DNA of 64,000 nt from a bacterium (GTDB lineage: Bacteria; SAR324; NAC60-12), in contig OZ242383.1 of the NCBI GenBank assembly GCA_965209155.1, forward strand, positions 2,912,001 to 2,976,000, given 5' to 3'. A program made the translations under genes and the position numbers. This document shows positions 53,976 through 62,224 of the stretch, in pieces. Under the pieces are notes generated by a model that was given only the letters and a program-made list of their open reading frames with translations, was not told the origin of the DNA and ran no database searches. Position 1 is the stretch's first letter; the number at the start of each line of letters is the position of its first letter.

Positions 53976-54235
53976 CTATTTATTCGTTTAATCAAGATGA
54001 CCCAGCACCTGTAATTTCAGAGGAATTGCTATCTATTTGCTATCGCAATCAGACCCGAGTTCAGTAAGCTACTCAACATCTCATCTCTCCAGGATTCGGC
54101 CATCCACCTGACAAATAATTCCCTTGACGGATTGCAAACTATTTGCTTATTATATATTTGCCTGATCAATACGGTCCAGCACCTGAAATTTCAGAGGAAT
54201 TGCTATCTATTTGCTATCGCAATTAGGCCAGAGTC
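53976..54235 (+). promoter_or_regulatory. Regulator promoter region (unit 2) with partial tandem duplication and three ATTGCnnnCTATTT boxes
   Basis: TTGACG-N18-TATTAT at 54124; boxes at 54025, 54131 and 54199; 54002-54049 repeats at 54176-54223. Confidence 0.6.
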
Positions 54236-57200
54236 ATGAAAGACAAAATTACTAAACATGCTGTCGAGTCCCTCAAGCCTGGGGCTAAAGACCGCATAAT
54301 GTGGGACACGGAGCTGCCGATGTTCGGCTGTAAAATAACTCCCAAAGGCAGACGGGTCTATCTCTTGCAGTACCGCATCGAGGGACGTTCGAGGCGCTAT
54401 ACCATTGGTATTCATGGGTCATTGACCACCAGGGAAGCCCGAAAAATCGCTAAAAAGCTGCTGCATGATATTGCCCTGAATCGTGATCCGGCGGATGCGA
54501 AGAAGAATAAAGGAGATCAAGCAGGGGGTAAGATTCAAAACCGTACTCAAGGCCGCAAGCAGCAGGTTGTTAAACCCAAAGCTTCTCACATCCGTGGAAA
54601 TCTGCGGAAATCTGCAGCCAATACAAATAAAGCGTCTCCTGGCCCCCCAAAACCGGTTGTGAACAAAACGAAGCCCATTCTCAGTCTGGAAAAACCGGAG
54701 ATTCCGGGATATTCGCTGGAGGAGGTCATTTTTGAAAGCAGCCGGACCTGGCTTTGGCGCGGCAGGCGGCAAAGCGACGGGCTTCTGGTTTTGATCAAGG
54801 GAGCGGCATCTTCCGAGCAGAGCGCTCAGGAACTGGCGGAAATACGGCATGAGCATGAGATCACCCGGGATCTCGAGATCGATGGGGTTCTCAGGGCAGA
54901 GGAACTGGCGCGGTGTGAAAACGGATGGGCTTTGATCCTGGAAAACACGGAAGGGCTTCCTTTAAGAAAGCTGATGGACTCAGCCCGGCTCGACCTGCTG
55001 GACTCGCTGAAGGTAGCGGTTTCACTGACGAGCACCCTGAAAGAAGTGCACCGGCAGGGCCTCCTTCATAAAATGATCAACCCGTTCAATATTTTTATCG
55101 ATCCGGCATCGGGGACGGTCAAACTGAGCGGCTTCGGCCTGGCCACCCGGCATCCCCGGGAAAATTTGACGACGTTGAGTCCCCAGCTAAGCGGGGAAAC
55201 CTTGCCCTATATCTCCCCCGAACAGACCGGCCGGATGAATCGCCCCCTCGATTATCGCAGTGATTTTTATTCCCTGGGCGCTACCCTTTATGAACTTTTC
55301 AGCGGGAGAGTGCCTTTTGGGTCCCGGGAGGTCATGGAAATCATCCACGCTCACATTGCCCGGCAGCCTGTACCCCTGGACCAGGTGGCGCCGCAGGTGC
55401 CCAAAACCCTTTCTAATATAGTGATGAAACTGGTAGCCAAGCGTGCCGAGGCGCGCTACCAGAGCCACTCGGGCCTTTCAGCCGATCTCCTGACATTTGT
55501 GGAGCAACTGGAAAACAATGGAAATGTGTCCGACTTTCCCCTGGGCCGCCAGGACATTCCTAGAGAATTGCAGATCACTCCGGGGCTTTACGGCAGGGAG
55601 GATGAAATCACCGCCCTGGAAGCCGCCCTGGAGCGAGTCAGCCAGGGAGCGACCGAGATGGTGCTGGTCTCGGGAAGCGCTGGTGTCGGCAAAACCGCCC
55701 TTGTCGGTGAAATTCACCGGTCCGTTGCCCAAAAAAACGGTTTCTTCCTCTCCGGAAAGTTTGACCAGCTCCGGCACAATATCCCCTACAGCGCCCTGAT
55801 CCAGGCGCTGCGGGGACTCATCCGTGAGGTATCGGCCGAAGACAAATCCGGAATGGAGCGGTGGAAAAGCAGGATACGGGCTGCCCTGGGACCCAGCGGA
55901 CAACTGGTGACCCGGGTGATCCCGGAACTGGAACAGGTGATCGGCCCGCAACCCCCGCTGCCGGAAATGGGAGCGCTGGAGTCCCGTAACCGCTTCACTG
56001 CCGTTTTACTGGATTTCATCTCTGTTTTCTGTGAAAAAACCCAGCCGCTGGTTATTTTTCTGGACGACTTGCAGTGGGTGGACGCCGATACTCTCAAGCT
56101 GGTGGAACGCATCGCTCAGGATCCGGAGAGGAAACCTCTGCTTTTCCTGGGAGCCTATCGCGACAACGAGGTGGATGTTGATCACCGGTTGTCGATCAGT
56201 TGTGAGGTGATCAAAAAAACAGGCCAGTCGCTGCAGACGATCCCCTTAAAACCCCTGAACCCGGAGAACATTTCACAACTACTCGTCCATACCTGCAACT
56301 GCCGTCTTGAGGAGGCCCAACCTCTGGCCGAACTCCTTGTGCGTAAAACTGGCGGCAATCCCTTCTTTGTGAGCCAGTTCTTGACCGTACTCTCCGAGAA
56401 GAACCTGATCCGCTACTCCCCTGAGGAAAAACGATGGAGCTGGGAGCTGGCTGCCATCGATTTCCTGGCGGTGACCGAGAATGTGGTGGATTTGCTGGTT
56501 GACCGGCTCCACCGGTTTTCGTCCGGAACCAGGCGACTCTTGAGCCTGGCGGCCTGCATCGGCAATACTTTTGACCTGGAATCGTTGGAGCGGATCAGCG
56601 AAAAAGGAATCGGGGAGATCGATGAGAACCTGTTGCCGGCCCTGGAAGCCGGGTTGATCCTCGGTTTTTCCCAGGCCCCGGATCCGGATTTTCCGACCGC
56701 CGGAGCGAGCACGGAGAGCGGCAGCTTCAAATTCCTGCATGACCGGGTGCAGCAGGCGGCCTATGCCCTCATCGCGCAAAAGGAGAGAAAGCCGGTCCAT
56801 CTTCAAATCGGTCAGACCCTGCTCAAACAATACGCTCCGGAAAAAAGTGACGCTCTGCTTTTTGACATCGTCCACCATCTCAACCTGGCCAGGGGGTTGA
56901 AGGATAAATGGAAAGAACGATCGCAGCTGGCAGAACTCAACCTGAAAGCTGGTCGTCAGGCTAAAGCGGCTTCGGCTTTTGAACAGGCCCTGGAATACTT
57001 TACCATCGGCCTGGACCTCTTAGGAGCCGCCGCCTGGAAACGGCAATACCCCCTGGCCTTATCCTTGCACGAGGAAGCAACGGAGATGTCATGGCTCTGC
57101 GGCCGCTTCGAGCTGATGGAGGAGCTGGCCGGTGCCGTAAAAGACAACGCCCAAAAGGACCTGGACCTGGCCAATGTTTATCTATACCTGATCCAGGCTT

Positions 57201-60200
57201 ACACCACCCGGGGTGAATTAAAGAACGCCATGGAAATGGGCGAGGAAATTCTAGAGAAATTGGGGTGTCAACTGAGCCGTCTGTCTCTAGACCAGTGGCA
57301 GCAGACCCTCGTTCACATCAAATCCAACCTGGCCGGTAAAAGCGTTGCAGACGTGATGCGCTTTGAGCCGCTCACCCAACCGCATGCCGAGGTCCTTGTC
57401 CATATCCTATATGATATCCATATGACCTATAGCGAGGCTGGGGTTGCCTTGGATGACGGTCTTTGGCAGCCCATCGCTGTAAAACGCATCTCTTTTCTGC
57501 TGAATCATTTTCATCCGGATTATTCACCCGAGTTCTATTATCACCTTGGATTTATATATTGCGTGTATACACATGATTTTGAATTTGCTTATGAACTCGG
57601 TCGTCTGGGCATACAGACCATGGAAGCGCTTGATCGGAAGGAAATAAACTGTAAAGTTTCCGGGAGTTTCAACCGCTCGATCCGATTCTACCGGGAGCCG
57701 TTATCGGCGTCATTGGATCCCTTGCTGGAAGTTCATAAGATTGGAATCGAAATAGGAGATTTCTTCAATGCCGGTAATAGCGCCGTCATAAGATGTCAGA
57801 TTGCCTTTATGTGCGGGAGGGAGCTGAATTGGCTGAAAGGGGAATTGTCGACGTTGAAAGCTGCTCTCAAGAAGATCGATTATATTCTCGGGTCTCCCGA
57901 GGTCGAAATGCTGACGAAGGCGATCATGATTCTGATGGAGGAACCTTCGAGCCTGTCGAGCGGCATCATGGATCAATACCATAAGGTGACGGGAGCAGAG
58001 TACCGATATGGTGACCAGAGCAGTTTTAATTACTATAAGCTGGTGCTGCAAACCCTGTTCGAAGAATACGAAGCAGCGCGGGAGACGGTTTTTGAATTGA
58101 TCAACCTGATGAAAACCTACAGGCATGCCCTTATTGATCCCCTGGCCAACTGCTACCTTTCCCTCGCTCTCCTCGCGCTTTACGACCAGGGGCCTGAGGG
58201 GAAAAAGGAGGAAATCCTGACCCAGGTTGATGACAATCAGGATACGTTGGAGAAACTGGCGCGCTGCGCACCGTCTAATTATTTGCATAAATACCACCTG
58301 GTGGAAGCCGAGCGGATGAGGGTTTTGGAGGGTCAAAGCGACGCGATCCTGTCCCATTATGACCAGGCCATCGATTTGGCCAGAGAGAACGAATTTATCC
58401 ACGAGGAAGCCCTTGCCAATGAACTTGCAGCCAGGTACTTGCTCAACCAGGGGCAGAACGACGACGCCCGGGCTTACCTGCGCTCAGCAATGGAAAAATA
58501 CGAAGCATGGGGGGCAAAACGGAAGGTCGCTCACCTGAGGGATCGGTATCCTGGCCTGATTGCCGATAATCGTGCTGAAGCGGCGTCCCCATCGTCCAAC
58601 CTGGATCTGGGGACGATGCTCAAAGCCTCGGAGGCCATCTCCAGTACCCTCGAGCTGGAACCACTGCTGGAGATTCTGCTCCACATTCTCATTGAAAATG
58701 CCGGGGCCCAGACAGCAGTTCTGATTCTGGAAACCGAAGGTCAGTCTCTCATCGCTGCCCGCGGGAGCGCCGAGCAGGTCGAATGTTTTCTACCCCTTTC
58801 CCTGCCTGTGGAAAAGGCCCAATCCCTCTCCCTCTCGGTCATCTCCTGGGTGAAACAAACCCGGGAAAACCTGGTTTTGGACAACGCCTCCCGCGAGGAA
58901 CGGTTTGCCATGGATGATTATATCCGGAGGGAGCGCCCCAAATCGATCCTATGCGCGCCGATACATCATAAATCCGCCTTGAGCGGAATCATTTACCTGG
59001 AAAACAACCTGGTTGAGGGAGCCTTCACCTCCCGGCAACTCGAGGTGATCAAGCACCTCAGCTCCCAGATCGCCATTTCTCTGGAAAATGCCAGGCTTCA
59101 CGAAAACCTCAAACGAACCGAAGCGGAATACCGGGGAATATTTGAAAATGCCACTGAAGGCATCTACCGGACGAGCCAGGACGGCCGCTTTCTGAGCGCC
59201 AATCCAGCGATGGCCCGCTTATTCGGATACTCCTCCCCAAAAGAGCTAATGGCATCCATCACCGACGTCGGGCACCAGCTTTATGTGAATCCGGAGCAGC
59301 GTCATCAGTTCCTGGATCTCATCCGGCAACGACGTCCTGTTTCGGATTTTGAGGTGGAATTTTTCCGTAAAGACGGCAGCACCTTCTGGGCATCCCTGCA
59401 CGCCCGCCCCATCTATGACGAGACCGGTGCATTGCGCTCCATCGATGGGATTATTTCCGACGTAACGGAGCAGAAAAACCGGATGGAAGCCCTCCATGAA
59501 GAAAATGTCCGCCTGAAGGCCAACATCAAGGAGCGTTATCGCTTCGGAAAGATTATCGGCAAAAGCCCCGTGATGCAGAGGATTTATGAATTGATCTTAA
59601 AGGCGGCGGCTAGCGATGCCGGTGTCATTGTCTATGGTGAATCAGGGACCGGTAAAGAATTGGTGGCCGAAGCCATCCATAAGATGAGTGATAGAAAAGA
59701 AAAACCCTTTGTGACCGTCAACCTCGGTGCCGTTCCGGAAAACCTCTTGGAAAGCGAGTTTTTCGGCTACAAAAAAGGAGCCTTTACCGGAGCCAGTGAG
59801 GATAAGCGCGGCCTGCTCCAATTGGCAGACAAAGGCACGCTTTTCCTGGATGAATTGGGCGAAATCGGCCCCAACCTGCAAGCCAAACTGCTGCGTGCTA
59901 TTGAGGGCGGAGGGTTCACGCCAGTAGGCGGCCTTAAAGCGGAAACCTCCGATTTTCGCATCATTGCTGCCACCAATAAGGATTTAAAACAACAGGTGAA
60001 AAAGGGATTGATACGAGAGGATTTCTTCTACCGCATCCACATTATCCCCATTCACTTGCCGCCACTCAGGGAACGTAAAGAGGATATCCCCCTTTTGATC
60101 GAGCATTTTATGCAAAACTACCCTTCCTCAAAGAACCTGCCCACAATCACTGTCGCTGTCATGGAAGCTCTGACCTCCTATGATTGGCCGGGAAACGTCA

Positions 60201-60481
60201 GGGAACTGATCAACACCATGCATCGCTACCTGACGCTCAAGAAACTCGACTTCCTCGATACCTCTTTAATCGAAGACAGCCAAACAGAACCCCCGGTCTC
60301 GGTTGAGGAGCGTGAAACCAATGAACCCTTGGATGCCACCATGAAGCGATTCGAAAAACTGTATTTGACCAGGGTGCTGGACGATTATCACTGGCAACAG
60401 AGCAAAGTTTCAGCCCTTCTGAGGGTTGATCCTAAAACGTTATATCGAAAAATAAAACAGTACCATCTCAAACCTTCATAA
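54236..60481 (+). CDS. Multidomain sigma54-dependent activator: integrase arm-type DNA-binding domain, pseudokinase, AAA ATPase, helical repeats, GAF, PAS, sigma54 AAA+ domain, Fis HTH
   Basis: WDTELPMFGCKITPKGRRVYLLQYR (arm domain); YISPEQTGR, SDFYSLG (kinase fold); GSAGVGKT, FLDDLQW; IYLENNL (GAF); IFENATEGI (PAS); [30 protein letters not shown]. Confidence 0.93.
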   Translation: MKDKITKHAVESLKPGAKDRIMWDTELPMFGCKITPKGRRVYLLQYRIEGRSRRYTIGIHGSLTTREARKIAKKLLHDIALNRDPADAKKNKGDQAGGKIQNRTQGRKQQVVKPKASHIRGNLRKSAANTNKASPGPPKPVVNKTKPILSLEKPEIPGYSLEEVIFESSRTWLWRGRRQSDGLLVLIKGAASSEQSAQELAEIRHEHEITRDLEIDGVLRAEELARCENGWALILENTEGLPLRKLMDSARLDLLDSLKVAVSLTSTLKEVHRQGLLHKMINPFNIFIDPASGTVKLSGFGLATRHPRENLTTLSPQLSGETLPYISPEQTGRMNRPLDYRSDFYSLGATLYELFSGRVPFGSREVMEIIHAHIARQPVPLDQVAPQVPKTLSNIVMKLVAKRAEARYQSHSGLSADLLTFVEQLENNGNVSDFPLGRQDIPRELQITPGLYGREDEITALEAALERVSQGATEMVLVSGSAGVGKTALVGEIHRSVAQKNGFFLSGKFDQLRHNIPYSALIQALRGLIREVSAEDKSGMERWKSRIRAALGPSGQLVTRVIPELEQVIGPQPPLPEMGALESRNRFTAVLLDFISVFCEKTQPLVIFLDDLQWVDADTLKLVERIAQDPERKPLLFLGAYRDNEVDVDHRLSISCEVIKKTGQSLQTIPLKPLNPENISQLLVHTCNCRLEEAQPLAELLVRKTGGNPFFVSQFLTVLSEKNLIRYSPEEKRWSWELAAIDFLAVTENVVDLLVDRLHRFSSGTRRLLSLAACIGNTFDLESLERISEKGIGEIDENLLPALEAGLILGFSQAPDPDFPTAGASTESGSFKFLHDRVQQAAYALIAQKERKPVHLQIGQTLLKQYAPEKSDALLFDIVHHLNLARGLKDKWKERSQLAELNLKAGRQAKAASAFEQALEYFTIGLDLLGAAAWKRQYPLALSLHEEATEMSWLCGRFELMEELAGAVKDNAQKDLDLANVYLYLIQAYTTRGELKNAMEMGEEILEKLGCQLSRLSLDQWQQTLVHIKSNLAGKSVADVMRFEPLTQPHAEVLVHILYDIHMTYSEAGVALDDGLWQPIAVKRISFLLNHFHPDYSPEFYYHLGFIYCVYTHDFEFAYELGRLGIQTMEALDRKEINCKVSGSFNRSIRFYREPLSASLDPLLEVHKIGIEIGDFFNAGNSAVIRCQIAFMCGRELNWLKGELSTLKAALKKIDYILGSPEVEMLTKAIMILMEEPSSLSSGIMDQYHKVTGAEYRYGDQSSFNYYKLVLQTLFEEYEAARETVFELINLMKTYRHALIDPLANCYLSLALLALYDQGPEGKKEEILTQVDDNQDTLEKLARCAPSNYLHKYHLVEAERMRVLEGQSDAILSHYDQAIDLARENEFIHEEALANELAARYLLNQGQNDDARAYLRSAMEKYEAWGAKRKVAHLRDRYPGLIADNRAEAASPSSNLDLGTMLKASEAISSTLELEPLLEILLHILIENAGAQTAVLILETEGQSLIAARGSAEQVECFLPLSLPVEKAQSLSLSVISWVKQTRENLVLDNASREERFAMDDYIRRERPKSILCAPIHHKSALSGIIYLENNLVEGAFTSRQLEVIKHLSSQIAISLENARLHENLKRTEAEYRGIFENATEGIYRTSQDGRFLSANPAMARLFGYSSPKELMASITDVGHQLYVNPEQRHQFLDLIRQRRPVSDFEVEFFRKDGSTFWASLHARPIYDETGALRSIDGIISDVTEQKNRMEALHEENVRLKANIKERYRFGKIIGKSPVMQRIYELILKAAASDAGVIVYGESGTGKELVAEAIHKMSDRKEKPFVTVNLGAVPENLLESEFFGYKKGAFTGASEDKRGLLQLADKGTLFLDELGEIGPNLQAKLLRAIEGGGFTPVGGLKAETSDFRIIAATNKDLKQQVKKGLIREDFFYRIHIIPIHLPPLRERKEDIPLLIEHFMQNYPSSKNLPTITVAVMEALTSYDWPGNVRELINTMHRYLTLKKLDFLDTSLIEDSQTEPPVSVEERETNEPLDATMKRFEKLYLTRVLDDYHWQQSKVSALLRVDPKTLYRKIKQYHLKPS

Positions 60482-60488
60482 ATCAAAT
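60454..60488 (+). repeat. 35-bp direct repeat, left copy (activator 3' end)
   Basis: 34/35 identical to 61289-61323; the pair brackets a TA module. Confidence 0.85.
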
Positions 60489-60511
60489 GAAGTATTACAG
60501 TCCTCATCTTG

Positions 60512-60814
60512 TTATGTGATTGCTTCAAGCCCTTTTCTATCGACTATAGAAAGCAATTTAAGAGTAGCTCCACTTGGATGACTTTCTCCTTGTTCCCATT
60601 TTTTTACAGCTCTATCCGATACATTTAGATAGGCTGCAAATACAGCTTGACTAAGTCCTAATTTATGTCTAATTGAACTGATTTGTTTTGCTGAATAATC
60701 AGGGACGGGGGGTAATGATTCTATATTAAACTTTCTTAATGTCGTTTTATCTATTGCACCCACTGCATAGAAATCTTTGGCCATCTCACTGATTGTTTCT
60801 CTCACTTTATTCAT
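60512..60814 (-). CDS. XRE HTH antitoxin
   Basis: IRHKLGLSQAVFAAYLNVS...KWEQGESHPSGATLKLL. Confidence 0.9.
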   Translation of the reverse strand: MNKVRETISEMAKDFYAVGAIDKTTLRKFNIESLPPVPDYSAKQISSIRHKLGLSQAVFAAYLNVSDRAVKKWEQGESHPSGATLKLLSIVDRKGLEAIT

Positions 60815-61180
60815 TTAAAGTACCTCTATCAAATTTTGTTGATCAACTAAAATATTGATTTGTTCCTCATTTAAATTCAAGAATGCTTTTGCCATGGTCT
60901 TAAATCCCTCAAGCTCATCTTTAGTGATATTATCTTTTTCTCTTTTAGCAAATCCATGAACAAATAGGGCTTTATCATGAATTTTCATCAAAATGATCGT
61001 TCTATGGGAACTCCGTTTACCTGTGCCATGCAGTCCTATCCTTTTTTTGTATACGCCTCCTCCTAGATTAGCATCTACCAATCCCTTTTCTATTTCAGTA
61101 ATGGCTTTTCTCAGGTCATCATTAATCATACCCTGTTTTTTAGCCCATTTTTCAAATGTTCTATATTTAAAAACTCTCAT
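60815..61180 (-). CDS. Type II toxin, RelE/ParE family
   Basis: MRVFK...DANLGGGVYKKRI...GKRSSHRTI...GFAKREKDNI; AT-rich. Confidence 0.9.
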   Translation of the reverse strand: MRVFKYRTFEKWAKKQGMINDDLRKAITEIEKGLVDANLGGGVYKKRIGLHGTGKRSSHRTIILMKIHDKALFVHGFAKREKDNITKDELEGFKTMAKAFLNLNEEQINILVDQQNLIEVL

Positions 61181-61275
61181 ACTTCCAGCGACTCCTTGCC
61201 ACAATACTATACCCTTATGTTCACTATTTCAAGGATATCTGATGATCGCTTCGATGAGCGGACTCCGCGCTGTTG

Positions 61276-61323
61276 TGAAGCGACTCGAAAAACAGTACCA
61301 TCTCAAACCCTCATAAATCAAAT
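61276..61323 (+). repeat. Right repeat copy: internally deleted remnant of an activator 3' end
   Basis: Translates KRLEK/QYHLKPS*, joining two separate pieces of the activator C-terminus. Confidence 0.8.
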
Positions 61324-61542
61324 CGGGCATTTATGCCCAGAAATCAGGCATTTCTGCCCGAATCTAGGATTAGTGTTTAATATCAGTGCATTACTGCCGA
61401 AAATCCATCATTTTTTGTGTTTAAGTAGGGCAAAAATGCCCGATTTTACCAAAAAATCACCTCAAAACTGGCGGCCCTCTTTCCCATAGCTCGCCTCAGC
61501 CCCCACCAATCCTGCGTTTCGAGCGGATGGCATGACTTTTGA
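61324..61542 (+). promoter_or_regulatory. Three enhancer-like palindromes plus sigma54-type promoter (unit 2)
   Basis: GGCA-N4-TGCC at 61324, 61345 and 61427; TGGCATGACTTTTGA at 61528-61542. Confidence 0.7.
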
Positions 61543-61731
61543 AGCTAAAAACTCAGGCAGGTGGGCAATGAAGTTTTGGTTGTTAGCTCTTAGCTTTCAG
61601 CGATCAGGGGGGTTCTTCTTTAAAGCAAATGGCTAAAAGCTAAAACTTCGTTTGTATCCATTCTGCTGCATCCTTTGAAAAATCTGGTCTGGAGCTATTA
61701 TCGGTCAGACACTAAGTAGAAGTAGGTCGTC

Positions 61732-62094
61732 ATGGAGATGTTAATTGCAGGTGCGAACTGTTTGGAGCAAGAGTACCTGAACGAGCTGACCCGGGATCCC
61801 GGACATCGGGTGGTGATGGTCGATTCGGGGGAAGAGGCTTTGCAGCAGGTGCGATTAGAAGCCTACGATTTGATTTTTTTGGATCTTTCCCTTCCCGATA
61901 TCTCAGGAGCCGACCTGATTACAAAAATCAAAGAAGAACTGCCGGAAGTGAAGATCATTGTGACGACAGAGTCGAACTCGAAAGAATTGGAGATTCAGGT
62001 GAGGAAGAAGGGTATCCTCTTTTATTTGATTAAACCCATTGTCCCCTATTATTTGAGAAGCATTATTGACCATTTAAACACCGTTGGTGCATGA
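61732..62094 (+). CDS. Stand-alone receiver-domain protein, atypical
   Basis: YDLIFLDLSLPDISG, TT, IKP; lacks the acidic pair after beta1. Confidence 0.85.
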   Translation: MEMLIAGANCLEQEYLNELTRDPGHRVVMVDSGEEALQQVRLEAYDLIFLDLSLPDISGADLITKIKEELPEVKIIVTTESNSKELEIQVRKKGILFYLIKPIVPYYLRSIIDHLNTVGA

Positions 62095-62224
62095 ATCGAA
62101 AAATTCTCATAATTCTGAATGAAAGGAGGAAATGCCTATGGAATAAAACCCGTTTTGAAACTCATGGGCGCTTGAGAGTGTCCTTTAATGCCATTTATTC
62201 ATTCAATATATTAAGGAGAATCTT

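Noticed and set aside
53740..54223. CRISPR array
   Set aside because: Only two copies of each repeat, no regular unique spacers and no cas genes
54236..54505. Intact integrase or prophage
   Set aside because: Only the arm domain is present; no catalytic R-H-R-Y domain or phage genes were seen
60993..61489. ORFs 60993-61316 and 61196-61489
   Set aside because: They overlap the toxin antisense and the enhancer block; only the activator-tail remnant is meaningful
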